A DNA stretch of 64,000 nucleotides from Lytechinus pictus (taxonomy: Eukaryota): positions 30,630,001-30,694,000 of the forward strand of contig NC_087251.1 of NCBI RefSeq assembly GCF_037042905.1, in the 5' to 3' direction. Within the stretch, counting starts at the first letter, position 1; every line of letters starts with the position of its first letter. Of the stretch, positions 34,601 through 45,609 are shown piece by piece. The notes beneath the pieces were generated by a model. That model made no database searches, was not told where the DNA came from, and worked only from the letters and a program-made list of their open reading frames with translations. The translations under genes were made by a program, and so were the position numbers.

Positions 34601-37600
34601 AGAGCGAGACTATAGGCGCCGCTTTTCCGACGGCGGCGGCGTCAACATCAAATCTTAACCTAAGGTTAAGTTTTTGAAATGATATCATAACTTAGAAAGT
34701 ATTTGGACCTAGTTCATGAAACTTAGACATAAGGTTAATCAAGTATTACTGAACATCCTGCCTGAGTTTCAGGTCACATGACCAAGGTCAAAGGTCATTT
34801 AGGGTCAATGAACTTAGACCATGTTGGGAAAATTATTTTCAAAATCTTAACCGAAGGTTAAGTTTTTGAAATGACATCATAACTTAGAAAGTATATGGAC
34901 CTAGTTCATGAAACTTGGGCATAAGGTTAATCAAGTATTAGTGAACATCCTGCTCGAGTTTCAGGTCACGTGACCAAGGTCAAAGGTCATTTAGGGTCAA
35001 TGAACTTTGGCCAAGTTGGGGGTATTTGTTGAATTACCATCATAACTTTGAAAATTTATGGATCTAGTTTATGAAACTTGGACATTAGGTTAATCAAGTA
35101 CCACTGAATATCCTGTGCGAGTTTCAGGTCACATGACCATGGTCAAAGGTCATTAAAGGTCAATGAACTTTGGCCGTGTTGGGGGTATTTGTTAAATTAC
35201 CATCCTAACTCTGAAAGTTTATGGATCTAGTTCATAAAACTTGAGATATAAGAGTAATCAAGCATCACTGAACATCCCCTGTGAGTTTCAGGTCACAAAA
35301 CCAAGTCAAAGGTCAGTTAAGGTTAATAAAATTAGGCCATGTTGGGGTAATTGTTGAAGTGCCATCATAACTTTGAAAGTTTATGGATAGAGTGAATGAA
35401 ATGTGGACATGGGTGTAGTTGACAGTCTTAAGTCTCCGTTCAAATGTCATTTATGGTCAATGAACGTGGTATTATGTCATTATATGAATGATGTTTTTGT
35501 GAATGATTATTTTATAGTAGTTTTCAAAGTTAGCACTGCTGCTATATTAAATTGCGTAATGCAGGCGAGACTGCCAGAGGCGTTCCACTTGTTTACTTGA
35601 GAAGTGGCTTTACACCAACAAGAAAAATTATATATGTTGGGATCCCCATATTTTTACCTAAGATGTTTTGATTTTAGATTATTCTGTATAGGTACAGCAT
35701 TTAGTATTTCAGATCGCATCATTCACACAACTTTTTTTATAGAATCTCTCATATCATTTAAAATTGATTCTAAATTTAGAAATTAAAAATACTTCTTTAT
35801 AGATTCAACAAAACATAACACAGGGCTTTAGAATAATCAGTCAGACACAAACAAATTTTTTAAAAGATTTGTCGCTTTTAATATTGCTTGATGTGTCATG
35901 TGTGAACTAACATGTTTACCAATATTACTCTCAAGTTATTTGATGACTGTCATTGGGAACTTGCTCATTTGCTTGAGGCTAGTGAGAATTGGACTTAATC
36001 ACCTGATGTGCTTTGAACCAATCAGTTGAGTTTATTTACAGGACAGATATAAGATATATTGACTATTGTATAGGAGAAAAGTCAAACTTATTTGCTCAAA
36101 GGTTATTTCTTGTCAGTATGATGCCCCTTTAACTTGGTCTCCAGGTGTAGCATAATGAGAAATCATATTCACAGAAGGCAAATTAATAAGCCAAAAATAA
36201 AAGCAGTCAATATTTGTTTTATATACCACAACCCTCTTTATTAAAGAATCAAGTTAGATTATGACATGGAAATCAATACCTGTCTTTGAAATTTTAATTT
36301 GCAAAAAGACAGTGATATGATAATGTGCAAATATAGGTACATGTGCATAGCACAGCCAACCATTGTTTTTGTGCATGTTACATATATTGTGGGTGCTAGT
36401 ACAACTATATGCTCAATCAATATTTTTTTACTATACTGCCAATTATTGGTATAATATGTTTCTTTGACCAATCAGTATTAGAATCTTATTACAAAGTATA
36501 TAATGCTTTTTATCATAGTTTATTAATGGTTTATAATCTACTCAGACTAGTAATAGGAGTAATCATTTAATCTTGCTTTCTTTTGGTTAATTCCATTTTG
36601 CAGCTGAAGTACCGTGTTGTCCATACAAACGTTAAAGATGGCCGCTTTATCTTTGTTGTATATGTGACTTCACAAAGTGCAAAACAAATGAATATCTCAA
36701 GTAAGTACATGCTTTGGAAAGGTCTATCAAATGCTGAGTTAGATATTTTGGGTGAAATCATGTATGGGACTAGGATGAGGGGTTAAAGTTATTAAAAATA
36801 TTTGACCCAACAACCTTAGAGTTTTGCCGTGACCTTTTTATATGACTACAGATATATTCACAGGAAATAAACTTTCCTGGTGCATATTTTGAAGTCCAGT
36901 TTAACTGATACGAAGGTCTAACTGCTAGAACTATGGGAAGCCAAAAATTTCATATTTTTTGTTAACACTGTCTCTTTGTTTTTGACGTTTACCTTGTTCT
37001 TTCCCTGTGCTTTAAGTGTTGGTGAAAGCTTTCTCATATATTATTCCCAGAAAGTTATGAAAGAATTTATCACCAAATATGCTGACAAATTAAAGCAAGC
37101 AACGTGAATCAATTTACAGTGAAAAGGTTTCTTTGAAATCTATTTTTAAAGGGAAATATGTGCTTCTGATGGATATAATCTGATCTAGATCTTCTTAAAA
37201 ATGAACATTGTAATTTCAGATACTGAAGTGTTTCTGCAAACAAACCTTGTTGTTTGGACTTCATGAATTATTGTTGTATTTTACTATGCCTGGCTTAAAA
37301 GCATTAAGGAGTGCTGATATATTGTATATTCTGATTTATTGCAGTGAGAATAAGAATGAAATCTTCACACGGTTACTTGTCAGCTACACAGTATCCCCTT
37401 CTTCCTGTAAGTGATGATGATCAATAAAATTATGAATACATTCTTAAAATACAATGCTTATCAAATCAGAAGAACATCTCTGAGGTGTTTGCAGATGTAT
37501 GATATCAACCTGGTCATTAGATTCTGACTTGCTCGTATACACAACCTTCACTCCCTGGGGAGTATTCTAGCAATGAGAAAACAGTCAATACATTCTAATG

Positions 37601-40600
37601 TGCCAATCCAATGCCATTGACGTACAAATATATATATATGGAGGAATGACACAACCAACAAATACTATGGTGGTTATTCTACTCTGTCAATTTTTACTTT
37701 TCATTAAAATCTCTCTTGTATTTCATTTTAATGTGTAGGGATATATAAAAACATTTTATCTTTTAAGAAAGAGGGCTATTATTATTTTACAGATGCAATC
37801 TTTGATCACTATTAAAGCTTGTTCATGGTGTAATACTTAATCTCCCCACTTTGAATTTCATGAAAATTTGAAATAAGTATGGATATGATATGGTTTGTTA
37901 CTGTTTTTCTTTCTGTTTATTGCTTCTTCTACATAGCAATGTTTTCTTTGTATAATATACAAGACTTGATATGATCATTTACTATCAAAATTAGAACTTG
38001 GCAATAATTTATGGGGTTTTATTTTATTATTGTTATTATTCAGGTTAGTCCTTTGGAGTGAAGTGTGCTATGTATAGTATATTAGGCTTGATATGTTTGT
38101 AAACATAGCAATAATTTGTTTATATTTTTTTATTTGTTTTCATTTTAATTCTACAGAGCATTAATTTGTTGGGTTTTTTTCTATTTCATATTAGTTCTAT
38201 GGAGTGATGTGTGCTATGTATAGCATACTAGGTTTGATATGGATGATACTTCTCTTCAGACAATGGAGAGATCTTCTCAGAATTCAATTTTGGATCTCTG
38301 TTGTCATCATTCTAGGTTAGTATATAATCCATACAATATCTTATCATTGTATTTAAACAAAAAACACTGTAAAAGAAAACTTTATCAAAAATAATTGCTT
38401 GTTTGCTCAAAAATGTGCCACTAAAACTTCTTTATATTAAATCAGCACCCCCTCTTTGATAATCTTGCCCAGGCTCCTGTTCAAGGGGATGGATTTTTTT
38501 TACTATCCATTTGAGAGAATGTTTCTTTGTGGAATCATTGTAGCAGCATTTGTTATTCATAACCATTATTTAAAATTTCTGCAATAGTCTTATTTTCAGA
38601 AACTATGTAGTCCACCATTGCATTTTAATTCTTTTTTTTTTTACTCGATTATTTCAATAATCCAGTAAAATTGGTGTTATCAAAAGTATGTGATGCACTA
38701 AGTTTTAATTTTTGGTACCTAAATGAGACTTCAGTGAATGATTTGTAGCTTTTTTTTTTTTAGTGGTGTCTTTATTTATGTCTCTTTTTTTTACTTGTTA
38801 GGGCTAATTGAGAAGGCTGCTTTTGTAGCGGAGTTTGAACGTCACAACAATTCTGGTTCCAATTCATCGGCCGGTATCTTCTTTGCTGAGGAATTGTCTG
38901 TATTGAAGCGTACTATGGCTCGTATGCTTGTCATTGTTGTCAGCTTGGGATATGGCATCACCAGGTGAGTCAGCTGTTCAATAATAGATTGACTTTCAGT
39001 TTATGATTTAAATGTTTTTATATCATGATTTTTAAAAAAAATTTAGAGGAGAATGACTAGAGGTTTTTTGTTTCCATGAGATGGTCATATTGTTAACAAT
39101 AACTATGTATGAATATGTGATATACCTCATTTCTAGTTGAAAGGTTTGGATTCTGTTACTTTTTTGTACGTAGGGAAGTTTGTTATAGAGAATCCCATTC
39201 TCAAAACATTTTCTGTTTTTCTTGATAACAAACCATTGTTATACTTTATTTTTTTATGAATGGAGATGATTTGAAAAAGACTCTGTGGTCCGTATGTCAC
39301 AAAAGTAATTTATAATTGAACATTTTGTATTACGATTACAATTAGTTGCCAAGAATGATCAGACTTTAAAAGCAAAATCTGTTTTTTCCATCAGTGTACT
39401 TGCATAATTTATTTTAGTTCCTTTCAACATGAAGATGCTGACTACAAACTCTACATTGTTGAAAACCAAAATCGCAAGCATTTTACAAAAGCTGTTTGTC
39501 AAACTTGGATGTTGATTTAGCTCCCAAGTACCTAAATTTTATTCTTTGGGTTCTTTATCAATTTTAAATTTACCCCTTTTTTCATAAAATGATTGAAATT
39601 TCTTATGAATAACTGATTTAATTTTAAATCAGCAACCTCAGATTGGCAAGAAACTAGCAAAAATCCTCAATGTATCGGATTTGACAGATATATTTATGAG
39701 TTTTCTAACAATTTGTTTTTATTTCAGACCTCGTTTGGGTCGAGATCTCAACTGGTTGCTTGGTGCTGGTGTTATGTTCTTCTTGCTTTCTTCCATTGAG
39801 TCATACTTCAGGATATTTGAGCCGGTAAAACATTTATTTCATTCTTATATAAGTGTTAATTTTATAAAAGCAGTAGTTTTTTATTGAAATCTGAGAAAAA
39901 GTGCCAAATTACAAAATACATTCTCTATTCTCAATTCTTTTTATTCCCTTCTATTTTTCCAATCCAGGTCTAATTATTACATATGATATATATTTAATTG
40001 TGTGTTGGATATCATTACAGTTACTTGCGCTTCAATATAATTTTTGTCTTTCAATTTGTCCTCTTGCAGAACAAGTCCAACGACCTGATAGCCCTCCTTC
40101 CTATATCAGTATTGGATGCTGTAGTCTGCTGGTGGATATCCTTTTTATTGTGTAAAAAAATACATTTGTTAGAACTTCTTTTCAGCAGTAATGAAAATGG
40201 TAATAATAAGCATTTAAATATGTTGCTTACACCTCCCTCAGAAAAAAAGCACCCCCAAAAAAAAAAAAAAATAATAATAATGATAAAAAATAAAATAAAT
40301 GAATAAATAAAAAAATGAATAATGGTGAATATTGCCCGGTGCTAGAATATTTAAGCTAAACCTTTTGTTTGAACTTTGTTTAGATCCAATGAACCCATTG
40401 GAGGCTGAGCATGCATATGTATGCTGGAGTCTGTGGAAAAGGTGTTAAAACAAGATTTTTAGTCTCCAACGGGTTAATGAGATATAGGATTTAATATGAC
40501 GTGCTTGCTTTGATACTCTATAGGAAATACCTAAATTAAACAGAAAAATAAACATTTTCATATGACACATTGCATATGAATGTATGCAAGTCTCTTGCAT

Positions 40601-43538
40601 CTCTCTTCATATGTACTTTCAGAAAGGGGTGAATATGGATTGAAAACATGCACTGGGTTAATGACTCAAATTAACTACAAAATGATAAAACATTTATTTT
40701 CAAAAAATTGTTCAAATTTTCATTGGATTTTATACTTTATAGATGTTTAGGCAATTTTTCCAGAAAAAAACAACAGAATGTATGAAAAATCACTCTCCAT
40801 ATGATTTTTGTTATGGTTTGGGGAACACAAAGTAGAGACTTGAATTGAAACGTGAAAGTACATGTAGCATTCTATATAAGAAAGAAAAGAGAGTGATCTT
40901 GATCAGCCAAATGTGATTTGTAATATACTTTTGTAAAACATTATCCTTGACCTGTACTATGCACATTTTCCGGAGTCTGGTAGATACGAGTCGCACGCTT
41001 CGTTTGAGGCGTAACTTGGTGAAACTCTGGCTCTATCGGCATTTCACCAATGCCCTCATCTTCTGTGTAGTAGCAGCTGTAATCTTCCTAGTGTGGTCTC
41101 TTAAAGCACATAGGATGACCAAGTGTGTCAAGGTAAGTGAAAGATAAAGTAAGGCACTTTGTTAAAGTCAGAGCCATGTCTCTCCTGTAGGAATCACGCA
41201 AGCGGCTTTTCATTACCAAACATCACATTTTATCATGTCAGAAAATTCAAGTATGTTGCCCTGAAAAGATGCATAGCATGTTTATAGCAGGATTCCTGTT
41301 AAAAGTTTAAGTTGTCTCATAGGAAAATACTTTTTGGAAATACATGGTGTATTATCAAAGAGGAGTGGGATAATATCCTGTAAAGGATATAATATTCATT
41401 GGCATATTATCATTAGTACACTTTGATCAAAACATTTAATTGATATATTACATGGCATTTTCCACGTGGAAATAAATCTAAAACAACAAAGTGTATTTTG
41501 AATGCATGAATTATGGGATTTATAAATTGTGTCTACTCTGCCTTGCTTATACTGCCATATTACGTGGTTCAATTTATGATCTGATATTTCATTTTGCGAG
41601 TCCTCATCATGCAAGTATCCACGACTGTGAACTGCAATTTATATTTCATCAAATTCAGTCAAACCTGCTTTAGGGATCACCTGTTTACAGAGACTACAAC
41701 TTGGGTTTCCCTTGAATTGTTTCTGACATTGACTCGTGTATTCCAGTAACCTGCCCATTAAGAATACCTGCTCATAAAGACTGCTTTTCTGGTGTCCCTT
41801 GTATGGTCTTTATTGACAGGTGTCACTATATTCAAATTTGAAAATGATCCTGAAATGCACTCTAATGAACATTTCCCTGCCTGTCTTCTTTTTTTCTTTT
41901 TTTTAGAACTGGAATGAGATCTGGGTGGATGATGCCTACTGGCACATCCTATTCTGTGTGATCTTGATTGTGATCATGATCCTCTTCAGACCCACAGCTA
42001 ACAATCAGCGTTATGCTTACTCTGTGCTCAGCGATGCGGTTGATGATGATGAGAGTAAAGAACCCATGATGAATGATGCCTTTGGTAGGTCTATCAAGAT
42101 TAAGATGATGGCCTGTAAATCTGAAGTGCAATTTTACTTTGGTCAGGTTTTTCTCCATGCTATAATTATTGGAAATATTGCCACAAAATATACATTGTTA
42201 TGTTTCTAATCTATGTTGTGCTCTTTCCTCATGCTTAGTGGTGAAGAAAATTATCATGGCTTTTGTTCCCGTGCAGTGATGAATGATTCGAGTGTCACAA
42301 ACACTGATAGATTCAACTTGTCCAGTTAGATTAGTTATCTATTTTAGTTATCTATAGCTTTCTATAGATATACTAAAACCTCAGACCAGAGTCTAAGTTC
42401 AATCATAGTTTTATAATAATATGACCCAATAGGATTACTCACACTGAAGATTTGTGAATGCATTAAGTTTATGAGATATGATAAACAAAGCAATGAGAAG
42501 GATTCATTGCATTTTAACAAGAACCTACATAAATTATTCTAAGTTTGTTGTGATGAATGCATTTGATTTTAAAAAAATAAAGTCTGGGTATTTTATATAT
42601 CCCCCAAATAATATTTTAAAAGGATTATATGTATGAAGTTGCTGCCAATAATTTTTTTGAAGTACATGGCATCATGTTATCACACCAAATCCTATTGAAA
42701 TTTGCCTCTCCCATTGTAGAGAATGTAAAGATGCGGAATGTACATTCAAACAAGTCCAGCAACCAACATAAGGAAGTAGATGATCTCCAATGGGTAGAAG
42801 ATAACATTCCAGCTGCTGTGGCCGATGCGTAAGTTACTTAATCCATGAGGTCAATATTAATCTGTCTTTGCTCCTTGAATTGGCAACAATCATTAGGTTT
42901 TTCTTCATTTTCAAACTTTGAAATAGTAAAATATGGATATAATAGTCAAAATATAGGATGATTGCAAATTTTCTTGAAAAGTTGCCAGTTTGCTCTTTTT
43001 TAAAAGTGATTTTGTTGTTTTCACTATGTTGCCAATTTAGAGTCTGTAATGATTTATAAAATTGGTAGAAGATAACATTCCAGCTGCTGTGGCTGATGCT
43101 CAAGTTACACATTCTCTCCTACCTTAATTCAACAAATTAAATTCTGAAATGTGTTCAAGAATGTGGCCAGTAGTGTGTGCATGTGCAGGACATGTGTTCA
43201 TGCTCTGATGAAATTAATTTTAGATTATAGACTTAAAAATCAAAATGCAGGTATAAATTTTGCTATTTTCTTTTTTTCATACGGGAAGTAAATGAATATT
43301 TGATACTATCTGTTAATTCGTGTAGTCATAAGCATACAGAGTTGAGGTAAAAAATATCTGAGATTTAGAATCGTAGATCAGAATAACCCAAGTCCCAGTA
43401 CAGTATGAAAAGCTTGTGCACATTGGCTACAGTAATTTCATAATCGTTTTTACTACTTTTCTTCACAGGGCCCTTGGTGCTTTTGATGATTCGGAGGAAG
43501 AACTCATTACAAATGTGGAAAGGAACAAGATGGAATGA
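22466..43538 (+). CDS. TMEM87A: TMEM87A/B-like GOST-family seven-transmembrane protein (Lung_7-TM_R); gene span, 21 exons, about 685 aa
   Basis: N-terminal signal peptide. In-frame exon chain with motifs GYLSATQYPLL, WRDLLRIQFWI, KRTMARMLVIVVSLGYGITRPRLG, LRRNLVKLWLYRHFTN, WVDDAYW, FRPTANNQRYAYS, DDLQWVEDNIP and C-terminal ERNKME*. The A/B paralogue cannot be resolved; probably a single invertebrate pro-orthologue. Confidence 0.93.
22678..23325. mobile_element. MITE-like element with TA flanks in TMEM87 intron 1
   Basis: TIR T(T/C)ATGATTCCGGACGCGC at both ends; CpG-rich core. Confidence 0.6.
25269..26247 (+). mobile_element. HINE-like family B, copy 2 (divergent subfamily)
   Basis: Same termini with subTIR GTCTCACCTGCAT / ATGCAGGTGAGAC; expanded (GGC)n; 192/163-bp units. 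Confidence 0.85.
26859..26931 (+). CDS. TMEM87A: TMEM87 exon 2
   Basis: tctcag|GAA...GAAG|gtaagc; ETMDAFEYFMMQKSMYANSEIGVE. Confidence 0.8.
27397..27494 (+). CDS. TMEM87A: TMEM87 exon 3
   Basis: aaacag|TG...GCA|gtaagt; LNCSSDPKDCKFTLEWAVRQSDCDGVYSSIFA. Confidence 0.83.
27660..28244. mobile_element. Kolobok-like non-autonomous element (AGGAGAATGAAAC family)
   Basis: TTAA|AGGAGAATGAAAC ... GTTTCATTCTCCT|TTAA; long imperfect inverted arms. Confidence 0.85.
29361..29525 (+). CDS. TMEM87A: TMEM87 exon 4
   Basis: ttgtag|GAT...AAG|gtaagt; 55 open codons, phase 0-0. Confidence 0.78.
30377..30589 (+). CDS. TMEM87A: TMEM87 exon 5
   Basis: atatag|TTG...AAG|gttaaa; LNDLKGNNWECSKRDK...DTKPADPNSDK. Confidence 0.8.
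30637..30829. mobile_element. Tc1/mariner-type MITE
   Basis: TA|CAGTGAAACCTGT ... ACAGGTTTGACTG|TA; degenerate relative at ~41656-41828. Confidence 0.75.
31400..31432 (+). CDS. TMEM87A: TMEM87 microexon 6 (33 nt, RRKRAAENPPA)
   Basis: tttcag|AGAAGGAAAAGG...GCG|gtacgt; phase 0-0. Confidence 0.7.
32353..32382 (+). CDS. TMEM87A: TMEM87 microexon 7 (30 nt, ADPPAAGEEK)
   Basis: poly-T tract, gttcag|GCG...AAG|gtaatt. Confidence 0.7.
32841..32882 (+). CDS. TMEM87A: TMEM87 microexon 8 (42 nt, ADPPAADTPAGEEK)
   Basis: gttcag|GCG...AAG|gtaatt; duplicate of the preceding exon. Confidence 0.7.
33410..33451 (+). CDS. TMEM87A: TMEM87 microexon 9 (42 nt, GDPPAAGIEKGGDA)
   Basis: gttcag|GGG...GCG|gtaagt. 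Confidence 0.7.
33667..34015. mobile_element. MITE, PIF/Harbinger-like (GGCCCGTATTCTGAAG family)
   Basis: TAA|GGCCCATATTCTGAA ... TTCAGAAAACGGGCC|TAA. Confidence 0.8.
34044..34085 (+). CDS. TMEM87A: TMEM87 microexon 10 (42 nt, ENGDKAAEAGDKDQ)
   Basis: tttcag|GAA...CAG|gtgaga. Confidence 0.72.
34390..34437 (+). CDS. TMEM87A: TMEM87 microexon 11 (48 nt, KAEVKSTAVIATNDTL)
   Basis: tttcag|AAA...CTG|gtaaga. Confidence 0.72.
34580..35593 (+). mobile_element. HINE-like family B, copy 3
   Basis: Highly similar to 6755-8091 but with two fewer 163-bp units. Confidence 0.85.
36604..36700 (+). CDS. TMEM87A: TMEM87 exon 12
   Basis: ttgcag|CTG...TCAA|gtaagt; LKYRVVHTNVKDGRFIFVVYVTSQSAKQMNIS. Confidence 0.87.
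37345..37406 (+). CDS. TMEM87A: TMEM87 exon 13
   Basis: ttgcag|TG...CCT|gtaagt; RIRMKSSHGYLSATQYPLLP. Confidence 0.9.
38195..38315 (+). CDS. TMEM87A: TMEM87 exon 14 (TM1-TM2)
   Basis: attag|TTC...CTAG|gttagt; FYGVMCAMYSILGLIWMILLFRQWRDLLRIQFWISVVIIL. Confidence 0.93.
38802..38964 (+). CDS. TMEM87A: TMEM87 exon 15
   Basis: tgttag|GG...CAG|gtgagt; LIEKAAFVAEF...KRTMARMLVIVVSLGYGIT. Confidence 0.94.
39728..39824 (+). CDS. TMEM87A: TMEM87 exon 16
   Basis: tttcag|ACC...CCG|gtaaaa; PRLGRDLNWLLGAGVMFFLLSSIESYFRIFEP. Confidence 0.9.
40070..40135 (+). CDS. TMEM87A: TMEM87 exon 17, ending at an AT-AC U12 donor
   Basis: ttgcag|AAC...TGG|atatccttt; NKSNDLIALLPISVLDAVVCWW. Confidence 0.9.
40136..40964 (+). 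other. U12-type AT-AC intron of TMEM87
   Basis: Donor ATATCCTTT at 40136; branch TCCTTGAC at 40944-40951; acceptor GCAC ending 40964; splicing restores CWW|IFRSL. Confidence 0.93.
40965..41132 (+). CDS. TMEM87A: TMEM87 exon 18
   Basis: atgcac|ATT...AAG|gtaagt; IFRSLVDTSRTLRLRRNLVKLWLYRHFTNALIF...KCVK. Confidence 0.92.
41907..42084 (+). CDS. TMEM87A: TMEM87 exon 19 (TM7)
   Basis: ttttag|AAC...TTTG|gtaggt; NWNEIWVDDAYWHILF...FRPTANNQRYAYS...KEPMMNDAF. Confidence 0.94.
42720..42828 (+). CDS. TMEM87A: TMEM87 exon 20
   Basis: ttgtag|AG...GATGC|gtaagt; NVKMRNVHSNK...DDLQWVEDNIPAAVAD. Confidence 0.92.
43469..43538 (+). CDS. TMEM87A: TMEM87 last coding exon
   Basis: tcacag|GGCC...TGA; ALGAFDDSEEELITNVERNKME*. 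Confidence 0.92.
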
Positions 43539-43662
43539 ACAACATCATGGTAAATAATCCAAGATATGGAGTGAAATGAATATACTTGAAAGGATGTACA
43601 GATGTTAGAGATGAGTATTCTTCATTGTGTTTGTGTCTGTATTGGAAATAGAGGACATGTTA

Positions 43663-44038
43663 AGGCCACCGCACACCTTACGACCCGACTGGTCGGCGAC
43701 TGGCTTGCGACTGAGTGAGGGGAGATGTGACGTCACAGCTCTTGTCAGCTTGAGAGTCGCAGACCGGTCAGAGACAAGTCGCAAGGAAAATCGGAAGGAT
43801 TTGACAGCCAATCAGACAGCAGAGTTGCACGACGCGTATATGATGAACAACGCGCATACGCACTAGTTTGCGCACTTTCTCAGTTGCTATGCCAAAAAGC
43901 AAAAAGCGCATGCGTGAGTCGCAGATCGGATCGCAAGGTGTGCGGTGTCGAGGCTTATGACTACCTTGCGATTCATCTCCCCTCACTCAGTCGCAAGCCA
44001 GTCGTAGACCAGTCGGGTCGTAAGGTGTGCGGTGGCCT
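43663..44038. mobile_element. Young MITE, PIF/Harbinger-like, just downstream of the TMEM87 stop
   Basis: ~65-bp near-perfect TIR AGGCCACCGCACACCTTACGACCCGACTGGTC...; TSD TTA. Confidence 0.9.
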
Positions 44039-45609
44039 TTAGTGATATAGGCCTGTGTTCTGATCTCTGGTTTAATTTAAACTCTGGTCTGAAGTTGTGG
44101 TTTAACTATGGATAGCCAAACGTGAAGGAAATTGCTGATGGTACAGTTTCAATTTATCAGCTCATTAACACACTCAAATAATTCATACTGTCTGGGAGTA
44201 ATGACTAGAACAGTTTTCACACCATTAAATCATTACAAAAGATCTAAAGTAACAAAAATTATTTAAAAAAAAAATTGTTAACAAAATTTTGAAATATTTG
44301 GGCTTCCCATAGTTTTAGCACAGAGTTAGACCATGAATTAAGTTTAACTTCAGAATAACAGAGGGAAAGGTAATCATAAGGAGGGATGTTTCTCTGATAA
44401 TTCCAATGCATTCATCCAACTAGATGTTGTACAACTGCAGCTGGGTTTCTATGTGGTCTATAATTCTTATGATTATGAAGGTGACCATGGAGATATTGAC
44501 AGTGTCTAAGCTCGGCTTAGATCTTGATTATATATGTAGCCGTAGGTTGAAATGTTAACAGAAGGGCAGTTCCATCGGGTATGTATGTCCAACACCCCTA
44601 TATATTGTACTTTCCTGACGTGATTTATCCCTGTTTTCCAGTTTGTTTTGGTGGTTGTTCTCAAATGTTCTCGAATTGTAATGGCTTAAACAGTTCATGA
44701 AGGGAAGTAAGAAGGGGGAAAAATGGGGGTCAAACATATGTTATGGAATTGCCCAGAAGATTATGTAAAGTGTGATTTATTCTTGTACCTTCAATGCCTT
44801 AAATCCATCAGTTCATCATGAAGAAGTATTCGCCTGATTCTGGGCACAGATGCGTAAAAGCTGCTGTTGTAACTTTGCCATCCAGTAAGTTGTAGCTACC
44901 ATGGTAGCAATGATCAGCATCCAATCACAACGACGGATTCCATGGGAGCTATTAATAATGGCAGGGTTTTTGTGACAGGATCCTGATGTACTATGACAAA
45001 GCTCGGCAACATGTTTCATAGATTTTGTATAGTCGCCCAACTTGTGCTAAGAAGTAGGTCAATTTGTACCCTTCAAGCCTACCTAAAAGTTGCCCAAACA
45101 AGCGCTCGCAAATGCACAACAGACTCCTAGCATATGATGCCTTGAGTTTTTCCATGCTTCTCTTTAGTGATTTTATTGTGCTCACTTTCATAAAAAAATG
45201 AATTTGTCTACTATTTGTTGTTGCATTCTTTAAAAGGTCTCTTGCTGCAACTCTCAAAAAATGTTCACTTCTTTGATACTTCAACTATGTACATAAAAAT
45301 GTTACCGAGCTTTGATGTTGAGCCGTAAGCATAGAATTGAGGATCAAACCAAATGTTTTGGGGGGTGATCTATTGTGTCACCTCTCCGTCCTTTCCCCCC
45401 TCCCCCCATTGAATAATGTGACATCACATGTCCATGCCCGTGTGCTGAGCTATTTTTGTGCCATCTGTGAACAAGCATTTACTGCACTGGTTTGTAATTT
45501 GTAATTGATCTTTGTAACCTATTTAGAAAGGATTATCAAGTTTTTCACACCTATTTTCTTTCTTTTTACCTAATTGTAGGTATATCCAGAGATGTTAATG
45601 TTTGCTTAA

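Noticed and set aside
37389..37400. CAGTATCCCCTT resembling a U12 donor
   Set aside because: Imperfect consensus and it encodes the conserved QYPL motif; the exon continues in frame to a GTAAGT donor at 37407
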